Assembly (NCBI GenBank): GCA_044228685.1
Contig: JBGAUL010000011.1
Span: 13,886 to 77,885 of the forward strand
Source of the DNA: Chlorobiota bacterium
GTDB taxonomy: Bacteria; Bacteroidota; Ignavibacteria; Kapaibacteriales; NICIL-2
Reading direction: 5' to 3'
DNA: 64,000 nucleotides
Part shown: one piece after another, positions 1 through 9,405 of the stretch
Layout: each line of letters opens with the position of its first letter
Position numbering within the stretch: position 1 is the stretch's first letter
The notes under the pieces: model-generated
Seen by the model: only the letters and a program-made list of their open reading frames with translations
Told to the model about the DNA's origin: nothing
Databases searched by the model: none
Translations under genes and position numbers: made by a program

Positions 1-866
1 ATAACCGTGTCGCGAATAACCGGTTTCGATGTTGGAATCGTCACGCGAATGGACATACCTGCTCGAAAGAAGCGAGCGTTCCACATCTTGTCTTGAACAA
101 GATTGTTGAGTGGCAATTGATAGAACACTTCCGGCACGAGCGCAAAGCGTTTTGTCAGACGGATGTTGTACGACAAGCCGGTGAGCGCGTAGTACTGAAA
201 ATGTGAGTAGTTAGGAATCTGATCTTCATAGACCGTACGCTCAGAATTTCCCTGTAGAAAATGCACGCCCAGTGGATCAACGATGCTTTCACTTTGCGAG
301 AAATTGGCGGTGTGTACGTAGGCAATTTTTGTTCCCACGTGCAGACGAAGGTTCTTGTAAAACGGAGGCGTAAACTCAGCCATCGGTTCTATACCGTACG
401 AAGCAAAATTGGTTTTCAAGGTTGTGACAAAGCTGCCATTAACAGGTACACCATTTTGAATGAATACGGTTGGTTCGTTTGCGGTCATGCTTGAGCGAAA
501 CACGTCAAATCCAAAACGCAAACCCAAGTGAAATGCAGCGGTCGTATTTGTTGCTTTGAAGATTGACGAGAGCGGTGAATTCACTTCACCACCAAAGCTT
601 ACGATATCTCCGGTTGCATCGCCGAATGGTGTTGCGGGACGACTGAATAATCCCAACTGCGTAAATCCATTGCTCAATTCCCAGTTCTTGCCAACATGTG
701 CATACACGCCAAACTGGATTGGATTGGTTGTGTCGATGACGACTTGTGCGCGAAGACTTATTGCTGAAAACAGCAGAACTCCGACCATCAACAGGCGTCT
801 CGAAACACTAGCCCTAGTTTTTCTTGATGTAGTACTTGTGAAGGTGCGATCCATCGTCTTATTCAT
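1..866 (-). CDS. Secreted outer-membrane beta-barrel-like protein (partial, 3' end beyond window)
   Basis: Minus-strand frame open from the ATG at 864-866 to the window edge; it is missing from the ORF track because no stop lies inside the window. Translation begins MNKTMDRTFTSTTSRKTRASVSRRLLMVGVLLFSAISLRAQ (signal peptide), followed by alternating hydrophobic beta-strand-like segments. It lies 8 nt downstream of a T9SS cargo gene on the same strand. Confidence 0.5.
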   Translation of the reverse strand, partial: MNKTMDRTFTSTTSRKTRASVSRRLLMVGVLLFSAISLRAQVVIDTTNPIQFGVYAHVGKNWELSNGFTQLGLFSRPATPFGDATGDIVSFGGEVNSPLSSIFKATNTTAAFHLGLRFGFDVFRSSMTANEPTVFIQNGVPVNGSFVTTLKTNFASYGIEPMAEFTPPFYKNLRLHVGTKIAYVHTANFSQSESIVDPLGVHFLQGNSERTVYEDQIPNYSHFQYYALTGLSYNIRLTKRFALVPEVFYQLPLNNLVQDKMWNARFFRAGMSIRVTIPTSKPVIRDTV

Positions 867-874
867 GTGGTGAT

Positions 875-3070
875 TTAATTCTCAACAACTACCGGCGTGA
901 CCATGCTTGTATTGCCAATTGCAAAGCGCAGATAATACACGCCCGGTTGCATTGTATCGGTATTCAGCTGGAAGCGCGCTGAACCTTTGAACGGAGTGAC
1001 TGATGAGTTCAGGTCTTGAATCTGCTCTCCCATGCTGTTGTACAGAATCATTGTAGGAGCATCGTTGACTCGAAGAGTAGAACTGCAGTTGATAAATGCT
1101 CGCCCATGCACCGGGTTCGGCGTCACTTCAATACTCAAATCGCCGGGATTCGGATTTACCAATCGAGCTCCGGTTGTGTCGTGCCAAACGTTTGAGACGC
1201 TGAACTGACCTCGGATATCATTGATGGCTAAAGGAATCTGCGATTTGTCGCTGTTGTACCAGCTTAGGTTGGAGACTTGCAGATCACAGTGCTCAGCATC
1301 GCCAAGACCGCAGATCATTTTAATCGAAAGCAATTCGCGGGCTGATCGCAGTGTTGTGAGCGTGTCGCTGACGTGTATCGTTTGAACACCATTCAGTATC
1401 GGTCCTCGAAGTGAACTCTCAGCCGGCGTCAACATTGTAGAGTTGAAACACAGGTCAAAGGAAAATGACGACGGCTGGAGTCCAAGAATTGCCGGAGGCA
1501 TGAGAAGCGAATCGATCAGCACTCGAACAAGGACGGTATCACCTACTCGCGCACTGCAATCAGGCACGCGCAAGTAAGGTTTCATGTAGGCACGAATTGG
1601 ATACTCTTGGTCGGGCGAATGAACGATCATTCTGTCCGTACTCAACGAGAATACCGTAGCACTACAAGCACTATCGCATGTCAGAGAGTGAATACCATCG
1701 GAGACCTTTCGTAGATAGTACGAGTAGTCGCTGCCACTAACTTCAACGAAACCGGTTTCAATCGGTTCGCGGTCAAACTCAAGCGACTTTTTTGCATTAG
1801 TCGGAAGACAAACGAGCAAGTATTGCGAGCCATAAACACGAATACCGGAACTACGAATCTGCGGTGCACAAACCACGTGCGAGTTTGTCCATGAGGATGT
1901 TGAAGGAACTGTAAACATAGCTGTGTTACCGAGAGATGTCTGAACATCAGTCGATGACTGCGTGTATTGAACACAGTTGATGGCAGAGCTTCCTTCAACA
2001 ACAACAGCATCATCCAGACCTAGCTCGAATGGTACTCCTGCATCGAGAACAGCCTTTTCTACGCCATTGATTTTGAGATGCGTTTGATCTAGCGCCGCAT
2101 AGATGCGTACATACTGTTTCGTCGTCGAACGAGCATTCTCTGAAACTTTCAACGGCACTAATACAGCCTTGTCGCCCCATCGCTCAACCGGATCACATTG
2201 TTGATACACCGTTCCGGTTTGCGTGTTTGGATAAATACCGTTATCGGCACCCGGACTTACTGCAGACTGATGTCCGGAAAAGACAGCTATTGGTTTTGTG
2301 GCTTTGATAATCACACCACTCATGTCAGTGCGAACACTTGTGCCTTCAATTGCAGATTGAATGAAATACGCTTCGCCTTTATTGAGGCTTATGCTGATCT
2401 TACCTTCTGATTCGTGCGAGGTTGGACCGTGAAGTTGTATGACGATATCGGTTGCATCATCGCGAGCAATGACCGCACATTGCGATGGCGTGGACTTGGT
2501 CCAATCCACATCACTGCTACCGGACTGTGGATGCACCAATGTTGAAGGCAGTGAACTGAGGATGTAACTGCGACCGAGGATTGATGTCGGTAGAACTAGA
2601 GTTGCAGCATCGCCGTTTTTGCTATGCGTAACCATGACGCACTGCACCGCGGAGTCTGCGTGAATAGCAAGTACCTGCGAACTAAGTATTGTCTCGGCTT
2701 GATCTGATGCTTGATAAACGCTGTCCACTAGACGACCGCGTAACTCTATGTTGGAATATGGAAATGATACCGTGCTTGAGCGACGAGGATCGATAATGCG
2801 GAATGTCTGATGAATGACCTTGCCGTCGTAACCACGAACGTCAATCGTCCCACTCGCATAATACTGCGAGCTGAAAACCAGACTCAGTGAATCTCCATTT
2901 TGATGAATCGCAGGTAAATAAGTCAGAAGAAAATCTGTCCCTGCGTTTGTGGCTGTAGCGTCTGTATCTGATGCTACAAGTCCGGTACCGAATGCCAACG
3001 CAACGAGAAGACGTAGAGTCCAAACTCGAGTGGCAAAAGCAGCTGCACTAACAATGCGAGCTCTGCACAT
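875..3070 (-). CDS. Secreted protein with type-A Por/T9SS C-terminal sorting domain (function unknown)
   Basis: 731 aa with an N-terminal signal peptide. C-terminus ...VTPNPVHGRAFINCSS...ILYNSMGEQIQ...LNTDTMQPGVYYLRFAIGNTSMVTPVVVEN matches the TIGR04183-type CTD pattern (PNP..., G.Y.v motif). Confidence 0.6.
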   Translation of the reverse strand: MCRARIVSAAAFATRVWTLRLLVALAFGTGLVASDTDATATNAGTDFLLTYLPAIHQNGDSLSLVFSSQYYASGTIDVRGYDGKVIHQTFRIIDPRRSSTVSFPYSNIELRGRLVDSVYQASDQAETILSSQVLAIHADSAVQCVMVTHSKNGDAATLVLPTSILGRSYILSSLPSTLVHPQSGSSDVDWTKSTPSQCAVIARDDATDIVIQLHGPTSHESEGKISISLNKGEAYFIQSAIEGTSVRTDMSGVIIKATKPIAVFSGHQSAVSPGADNGIYPNTQTGTVYQQCDPVERWGDKAVLVPLKVSENARSTTKQYVRIYAALDQTHLKINGVEKAVLDAGVPFELGLDDAVVVEGSSAINCVQYTQSSTDVQTSLGNTAMFTVPSTSSWTNSHVVCAPQIRSSGIRVYGSQYLLVCLPTNAKKSLEFDREPIETGFVEVSGSDYSYYLRKVSDGIHSLTCDSACSATVFSLSTDRMIVHSPDQEYPIRAYMKPYLRVPDCSARVGDTVLVRVLIDSLLMPPAILGLQPSSFSFDLCFNSTMLTPAESSLRGPILNGVQTIHVSDTLTTLRSARELLSIKMICGLGDAEHCDLQVSNLSWYNSDKSQIPLAINDIRGQFSVSNVWHDTTGARLVNPNPGDLSIEVTPNPVHGRAFINCSSTLRVNDAPTMILYNSMGEQIQDLNSSVTPFKGSARFQLNTDTMQPGVYYLRFAIGNTSMVTPVVVEN

Positions 3071-3146
3071 ATCCGTATGTTCCTTGAAATTGGTGGTGAA
3101 TGCTCTTAGAATTCAATTCTTAAGAGTCATCATATTTCAAGTCACG

Positions 3147-4265
3147 TTATCGGACTACTTTTCGGGAATCTATAATTTGTTCACACAAATTCATCATTTT
3201 CCGGGCCTCTTCATCCCAGGAAAAGCTCCTCGCCCACTCCACAGCACCCTGCGAAAGTTGTGCTCGAACTGAGCTATTTGAACAGAATTCAGACAAAACG
3301 CTGCTCAATTCCTCAACATTGCCGTAGCTATACAGCAATCCGCTCTGTCCGTTCGAAACGGAGTCGCGCAATCCCGGAACATTTGCCGCAATTGCCGGCG
3401 TTCCACAGGCATTTGCCTCAATATTGGTAATGCCCCAGCCTTCTTTCATGGAGGTGTTCACCACACACCAGGCGGCGCTGAGTAGCTCAATTTTCTGTTC
3501 TTCGCTGACCCGTCCAAAGAAGGTCACTGAAGACTCCACACCGAGCTCTCGACTCATTTTCTGCAATTCCGGGACGAAATCTCCGCTCCCCATGAACCAA
3601 AGCTGCGCCTTCGGATAGGTTTTAAGCAAGGGCACAAAAGCGCGCAAGAGATGATCCGGACTTTTGTATTTCTTGACGCGACTGAAGTAGCAAATGATTG
3701 GATCCGATGACTTTTCAGCCACTTTCATGGGAAAATGACGGTGTTCGACTGCATTGCGGATTATGCTGAGTTGGGAATCGCGAAAGCCGCGTGCAAGAAA
3801 CTCTTGTCGAGTGCTCTCTGAAACAACAGCGAAGTGTGTGGACTTATAGACCAAATTCACGAGCATTTCCGACACATACACATAGCTGGCACTTATAAAA
3901 TCCGCTTCGCGATAGATACTCTTTCCAAAGAAATGATGGGAGATGGCGAGCAGCGGTTCTTTGACGTAGAGCGGTGTGTAAAAAGGAATCTTGTTGACGT
4001 CGTCAATGACAAGGTCAAATCCTTCACGAGATAACTGCTTGTATGCCGAAGGGACGAAGAAGTTGAAGGTGTTACGGGCTCCACGACGAACAATGCGTAT
4101 TCCGTCGATGATCTCTTCCGAGGCTGCGCCTTCAAAGCCGCAACTGAGTTGTACGACGGTGTGTCCGGCTGCAACAATGCGCTTGAAGATCTCATGACAA
4201 TGGACTTCCGCCCCGCCTCCAAGCGGATTACGAATGTCCTGCCAGTTGATAACGAGAATCTTCAT
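3147..4265 (-). CDS. Glycosyltransferase family 4 (group 1 glycosyltransferase)
   Basis: 372 aa with the EGWGITNIEANACGTPAIA motif (GT4 E-X7-E region) and a Rossmann GT-B-like N-terminus. Confidence 0.75.
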   Translation of the reverse strand: MKILVINWQDIRNPLGGGAEVHCHEIFKRIVAAGHTVVQLSCGFEGAASEEIIDGIRIVRRGARNTFNFFVPSAYKQLSREGFDLVIDDVNKIPFYTPLYVKEPLLAISHHFFGKSIYREADFISASYVYVSEMLVNLVYKSTHFAVVSESTRQEFLARGFRDSQLSIIRNAVEHRHFPMKVAEKSSDPIICYFSRVKKYKSPDHLLRAFVPLLKTYPKAQLWFMGSGDFVPELQKMSRELGVESSVTFFGRVSEEQKIELLSAAWCVVNTSMKEGWGITNIEANACGTPAIAANVPGLRDSVSNGQSGLLYSYGNVEELSSVLSEFCSNSSVRAQLSQGAVEWARSFSWDEEARKMMNLCEQIIDSRKVVR

Positions 4266-4267
4266 GA

Positions 4268-4306
4268 AATAAAAAATGGACTCAATCTGTTAGAGTGAGT
4301 CCATGA
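4268..4306 (-). terminator. Rho-independent terminator downstream of secG
   Basis: 9-bp perfect inverted repeat atggactca / tgagtccat (4277-4305). On the minus-strand transcript it is followed by UUUUUUAUUU, which abuts the GT4 start codon. Confidence 0.55.
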
Positions 4307-4326
4307 TTCGTCAATGACGAAGAATA

Positions 4327-4737
4327 TTACTTGCCACCTTGCGGAGCTGGCTGCTGTTGAGCAGGTGCCGCTTGACCCTGTGCAGGTGCTGCTTGTTGTT
4401 GAGCCGGAGCCTGTTGTTGAGCAGGTGCTGCCGGAGCTGCTGCAGGAGCTGAAGGTGTTGATGTTTGGACGTTTTCGAATGGGTTTACAGTGTTATCCTC
4501 TTTACCCACTTTGAAAATTGTATTCGCGCTCAGTGATAGAATCATGATTGCGATAGCCAAACCAATAGTCGTTTTTACGATAAAATCAGCGGCACGGCGC
4601 ATGCCAATCATGGAGCCGAATTGTCCGCCAACACCACCAAAGCCAGCAGCCATATCGCCCTTGCCCGGTTGAATAAGAACTGCGCCGATCAGAAGAAGAC
4701 CAGCAATGCAGCTCAAAATCACAATGATTGTAAACAT
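4327..4737 (-). CDS. secG: Preprotein translocase subunit SecG
   Basis: N-terminal region ILSCIAGLLLIGAVLIQPGKGDMAAGFGGVGGQFG is the typical SecG signature. It carries an unusually long Pro/Ala/Gln-rich C-terminal tail. Confidence 0.8.
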   Translation of the reverse strand: MFTIIVILSCIAGLLLIGAVLIQPGKGDMAAGFGGVGGQFGSMIGMRRAADFIVKTTIGLAIAIMILSLSANTIFKVGKEDNTVNPFENVQTSTPSAPAAAPAAPAQQQAPAQQQAAPAQGQAAPAQQQPAPQGGK

Positions 4738-4836
4738 GATTCGAAGGTACAGTGATTAAGTGAACAACAAATATAGGACGAATCAGTCATGTGCCAAAGT
4801 GTGTCACGGTGAAAAAGTGTATCTTGCTATACGCCT

Positions 4837-6891
4837 ATGACGGAGCCACTCGACGAACAAGAACGTCCACTTTCGCTATCCCTGAAGGAGAAAATTGCCT
4901 CCTTGCCTACTCGTCCAGGCGTCTATTTTCACAAAAACGACGAAGGAAAAGTCATTTATGTTGGAAAAGCAAAGAACATCCGTAACCGCGTTCGCCAGTA
5001 CTTCGACCATAACCGTCAGGTCGATGCCAAGACCAAAGTCCTAGTTTCCAAAATCGCCGACGTCGACGTCATCGTAACCGACTCAGAAGCTGAAGCACTC
5101 ATCCTCGAAAACAATCTCATCAAGCAACACAAGCCACGCTATAATGTGTTGCTGAAGGACGATAAGAGTTATCCCTATATCCGCGTTACAAACGAAGAAT
5201 TCCCTCGAGTCTTCTCAACGCGGAAGGTGATTCGTGACGGGAGCAAGTACTTCGGACCATACACCGACCTACGATACATGTATTCGCTGTTGCGAACACT
5301 TCGCTCGCTCTTCCCCCTTCGTAGCTGCGATCTGCCATTGACTGAAGACACGATTGCTATGCAGAAGTACAAGGTGTGCTTGGACTATCATATCAAGAAA
5401 TGTGAGGGTCCTTGTCAGGCCTTTGTCGACCGTCTGCACTACAACGAGCACATCCGTCAATCAGTGCAAATCCTCAACGGTCGCACTCGTGAAGTCGAGA
5501 AACAGCTTGAGGAACAAATGATTATTCTCGCTGAAACGCTGCGCTTCGAAGAAGCTGCACAAGTGCGAAATCGTTTGGAAGTGCTGCGAGAATATTCTGA
5601 GCGACAAAAAGTCGTGAGTACCGATGAGTTCGATCGTGATGTCTTTGCTCTTTCGCGCGATGACCACGATGCGTGCACGGTGATTTTGTCCGTGCGCGAC
5701 GGCAAGCTCATTGCCAAGCGTCATTTCTACGCGTCCAATGTCCTGCATCAAACAGACGCTGAGATCATTGAAGGAGCGATGTCGCGCTACTACATGGAAT
5801 CGGATTTCATTCCTCCGGAGATCTTCCTTCCCTGCGACATTATCAACGATGATTTCATGATCGACTGGCTCTCCAAGAAGCGAAGCGCGGCTGTCGATCT
5901 CGTCGTACCGAAAATTGGCGAGAAGAAGAAGCTCGTCAATATGGCAACCGCAAATGCTGAATTCTTACTTCGCGACTTGCAATTGCAACACATGAAGCGT
6001 GAAGAATCGGTGCCTCGTGCAGTGGCTTCATTGCAACGCGATTTGCAGCTGAGCCGTGCACCGCGTCGAATTGAGTGCTTTGACAATTCCCACCTTCAAG
6101 GCACAGATTACGTGTCGTCCATGGTTGTCTTTGTTGATGGACGTCCGCGCAAAGCTGATTATCGCAAATTCAAAATCAAAAGTTTTGTTGGCAACGATGA
6201 CTTCGCCGCCATGCGTGAGGTTGTGGAACGTCGTTATCGTCGCTTGCTGGCTGAGAACGGTCACTTACCCGATCTCATCATCATCGACGGCGGTAAAGGA
6301 CAGCTCTCCTCTGCAGTCGAAATTCTCACTCGACTGGATCTCTACGGCAAGATCCCGATCATCGGTCTTGCAAAGCGTCTTGAAGAAGTCTTTGTCCCTG
6401 AACAAAGCGACGCCGTCATTCTCCCTCGCAGCTCCAGTGCACTTCGTCTGCTGCAACAACTACGCGATGAAGCTCACCGCTTCGCCATCACCTTCCATCG
6501 TGAACTGCGCTCGAAGCGAACGCTTCAAACTGAGCTCACTGCTATTAAGGGTCTGGGCGAAAAATCCGCCCAACGTCTACTCACCGAACTCGGCTCCGTC
6601 GAAGCCGTACGCAACACCAGCGAAGAAGGCATCGCCGCAATCGTCGGTAAGAGTTTAGCAAAACGAATCCGGGAGTATTTCGATACGAGTACTGACACGG
6701 CAACTTCAGGGATCGACAATCACGATGCTCAAGATGCGATTGTCGAAGAATTCTCACATCGCGATTTGGAAGAGGTTCATGTACCGGACGATGAAAGCAT
6801 GGACGAATCAGCTCGTTCTCACGAAAATGAAGATTCTCAAAGCCAGGATATTTCTGAAGACTCACTGAGTAACGGGCAGCAATCCAACTAA
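4837..6891 (+). CDS. uvrC: Excinuclease ABC subunit C (UvrC)
   Basis: GIY-YIG motif GVYFHKNDEGKVIYVGKAKNIRNRVRQYF, a UvrC/RNase H-like core, and a C-terminal HhH (IKGLGEKSAQRLL). It has an extra roughly 70-aa acidic C-terminal tail. Confidence 0.9.
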   Translation: MTEPLDEQERPLSLSLKEKIASLPTRPGVYFHKNDEGKVIYVGKAKNIRNRVRQYFDHNRQVDAKTKVLVSKIADVDVIVTDSEAEALILENNLIKQHKPRYNVLLKDDKSYPYIRVTNEEFPRVFSTRKVIRDGSKYFGPYTDLRYMYSLLRTLRSLFPLRSCDLPLTEDTIAMQKYKVCLDYHIKKCEGPCQAFVDRLHYNEHIRQSVQILNGRTREVEKQLEEQMIILAETLRFEEAAQVRNRLEVLREYSERQKVVSTDEFDRDVFALSRDDHDACTVILSVRDGKLIAKRHFYASNVLHQTDAEIIEGAMSRYYMESDFIPPEIFLPCDIINDDFMIDWLSKKRSAAVDLVVPKIGEKKKLVNMATANAEFLLRDLQLQHMKREESVPRAVASLQRDLQLSRAPRRIECFDNSHLQGTDYVSSMVVFVDGRPRKADYRKFKIKSFVGNDDFAAMREVVERRYRRLLAENGHLPDLIIIDGGKGQLSSAVEILTRLDLYGKIPIIGLAKRLEEVFVPEQSDAVILPRSSSALRLLQQLRDEAHRFAITFHRELRSKRTLQTELTAIKGLGEKSAQRLLTELGSVEAVRNTSEEGIAAIVGKSLAKRIREYFDTSTDTATSGIDNHDAQDAIVEEFSHRDLEEVHVPDDESMDESARSHENEDSQSQDISEDSLSNGQQSN

Positions 6892-6932
6892 GCACTCAGA
6901 TCTGACTTTAGTCGAGTTAGCGCGCTTCCCAC

Positions 6933-7991
6933 TCAGTCACGCACCACTCTCTCCAGTTGATATCGTTCCAATCTCGGATGAACCAATCGCCGAAATAATG
7001 GAGGCGCAAAAGCTATAACAAGCATACCGGCGTATCCGGTCGGCATGCGCGGAGATTCCGGCGTGAATTGCAGCGCCTGATAGCGCCGTAACGGATTTAG
7101 ATGGTGATCTGAATGTCGTTGAAGCTTGAACAAAATGCAATTGGTAATGCGCGCCGTTGCTTCCCATGAGTGTCGCTCGCTCACTTTCTCGTACTCGCCA
7201 TTTGCTTTCTGACTGCGTATAAGACCATAGTGCTCGATGTAGTTCACCGTTTCGAGTAGCGTGATTGCTACCAAAGCTTGAGCGAAGAAGAAAAGAATTC
7301 CCTTGATACCAAAAGCCGCGTAAACAGCAACAACACAAAGGAGCTGAACGAACATCCATGTCAACACACGATTGCGGATGCCCCAAGCGCTGTAGGAATT
7401 GTTTTGACATCGACGAGTTTCAATCTGCCATGCGCTTACAAAAGATGAGGGAATAACGCGAATCAGAAAGCGATACAAACTTTCATTAAAGCGCGCTGTT
7501 GCCGGATCGTTCGGCGTCGCAACTCGTGCATGGTGTCCGGCAACGTGCTCAATGTGAAAGTGCATGTACAGCACACTCGCCAACAATGCATCGCCGAAGA
7601 AGCGTTCTAATCTCGATTGTTTGTGGACGAGTTCGTGCGCCACGGTTATGCCAATTGCGCCAGTCATGAATCCGACGGAGAGCACTAAGCCGATCGTTTG
7701 GAATGCGCTCAGCTCATTGTGAGAGAATGATATCAAGGACCAGATCAATAGAGTGAATTGCAGAAGGGTCCAGATGACTGGTATAAGCCGAAAGGACCAT
7801 CGCGCCTCAAGACTCTCCATCTCATCTGCAGAGTGATTTGCGTAGTCTTGTTTTACTGCGATTTCAAGTATTGGAAGTATGACTATTGCCAAGAACGGCG
7901 TCAGCCAGTAGTTCATGATGCTATACTGAAGACTCAGTCCGACGCTGAGCGGCATGAAGAAGACTCTGAAGTATGGTATCAGTTCACGCAT
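6933..7991 (-). CDS. AlkB-type integral-membrane di-iron hydroxylase / fatty-acid desaturase family protein
   Basis: Histidine boxes HELVHK, EHVAGHH, NYIEHYG and LQRHSDHH, plus multiple TM segments, typical of the alkane-1-monooxygenase/desaturase superfamily. Confidence 0.65.
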   Translation of the reverse strand: MRELIPYFRVFFMPLSVGLSLQYSIMNYWLTPFLAIVILPILEIAVKQDYANHSADEMESLEARWSFRLIPVIWTLLQFTLLIWSLISFSHNELSAFQTIGLVLSVGFMTGAIGITVAHELVHKQSRLERFFGDALLASVLYMHFHIEHVAGHHARVATPNDPATARFNESLYRFLIRVIPSSFVSAWQIETRRCQNNSYSAWGIRNRVLTWMFVQLLCVVAVYAAFGIKGILFFFAQALVAITLLETVNYIEHYGLIRSQKANGEYEKVSERHSWEATARITNCILFKLQRHSDHHLNPLRRYQALQFTPESPRMPTGYAGMLVIAFAPPLFRRLVHPRLERYQLERVVRD

Positions 7992-8194
7992 TGTTCGGAC
8001 TAAGCTTTGAAGGAATCCGACCTAAACAGCAGCGCATGAAAGTTCTCATGCAGCATGAAGATTGTCATGGACGAATCTCGCTGCGGAATTTGGATTGTGC
8101 AAACTCAGTTGTGAGCAAAGGAGTTATCACTCGAGCTCGAATGTCGTGCAGAACTTGAAAAAGCGACTTCGACAGAGCTGTCGAATTCGTGTGC

Positions 8195-9304
8195 TTATCC
8201 CAGACCGTTAATGTTCTTGCGGCGGTTGCGGATATAATCGACGAAGAGTGTCTGACCGAGGTCGTTGAGACCGGAGTAGAAGGCGCGTCCTTTGTTGGCG
8301 CGTGTCAATTCTTCGACGAACCGTCGCAAGTACGAATCTTGCGCGACCATGAAGGTTGAAATCGTGATTCCATCGCGACGACACGCAACGGCTTCGTCGA
8401 GGGTTTTGTTGACGATGCGGGCATCGAGACCGAAGGAGTTGAGGTACAGACGACCATTCTCATCGAACATGGCTGAAGGCTTACCGTCGGTCACCATGAA
8501 GATCTGCTTGTTCAGTCCACGCGTGCGCTTGAGTAGTTGTCGCGCAAGACGCAATCCATCACGAGTATTGGTATGGAAGGGTCCAACTTCGATGAAGGGA
8601 ATATCTCTCACCGAAACTCTTCGCGCTTCATCGCCAAAGACCAATACTTCCAGCACATCCTTCGGGAATTTCGTGCTGATGAGTTCTGCCAATGCCAGTG
8701 CAACTTGCTTAGCAGGTGTAATACGATCCTCGCCGTAGAGAATCATGGAGTGCGAGATATCAATCATCAACACCGTGGCACAAGAGCTCAAGTGCTCCGT
8801 TTCGTGCACTCGGATATCATCTTCATGAAGTTGAAATCGATCGAGCTCATTCTCGCGCAGCAAGGCATTGCGCATGGTTTGGGTAACGTCAATGTTCGAA
8901 GCCTGATCGCCGAATACAAAGTCCCTGGTTTCGGGTAAACGTTCCACGCCACGACCAGAGTTCGGCACTTCGTGAGCGCCGAACTCTGATTTCTTCAAAT
9001 GACGGAATACTTCGTTTAGTGCATCGGATCTGAGTTTGCGAAGGGCTTTGGCGCTTGCTTTGACTTTACCATCTTCGCTTTCATCCAACATTCCTTGTTG
9101 ACGAAGGAGATTGATGTAATCGTCCATCGTCATGTCCGACAACAGGCCATAGCGTTCATTCAACTGACGGAGAATCTCAAGTGCTTCATCTGCATCAGCA
9201 TTGACTTGCAGAAGAACATAACTGAACAAGTCCATGAGTTTTCGAACTTTTTGCTCAGCAGTTTCTGAGTCATCTCGCCATTCTGAATATCGAACTTTTA
9301 TCAT
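8195..9304 (-). CDS. von Willebrand factor A (VWA) domain protein, CoxE-like architecture
   Basis: 369 aa. N-terminal roughly 170-aa helical region followed by a VWA domain with MIDAS motif DISHSM...TDG. Located directly downstream of hslU. Confidence 0.6.
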   Translation of the reverse strand: MIKVRYSEWRDDSETAEQKVRKLMDLFSYVLLQVNADADEALEILRQLNERYGLLSDMTMDDYINLLRQQGMLDESEDGKVKASAKALRKLRSDALNEVFRHLKKSEFGAHEVPNSGRGVERLPETRDFVFGDQASNIDVTQTMRNALLRENELDRFQLHEDDIRVHETEHLSSCATVLMIDISHSMILYGEDRITPAKQVALALAELISTKFPKDVLEVLVFGDEARRVSVRDIPFIEVGPFHTNTRDGLRLARQLLKRTRGLNKQIFMVTDGKPSAMFDENGRLYLNSFGLDARIVNKTLDEAVACRRDGITISTFMVAQDSYLRRFVEELTRANKGRAFYSGLNDLGQTLFVDYIRNRRKNINGLG

Positions 9305-9405
9305 CGAAGTATCACTTTCTGTAGTGTCGTGACTTGGCCTAGCAGACTGTTCAATTCGGAGTAGTAAATGTCATCCTCATTGCAAGGTCTTCTTACGCTG
9401 GACTC

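Noticed and set aside
261-873. Plus-strand ORFs 261..494 and 556..873
   Set aside because: They lie antisense within a coherent minus-strand gene (signal peptide plus beta-barrel-like protein running off the window). The plus-strand translations look random.
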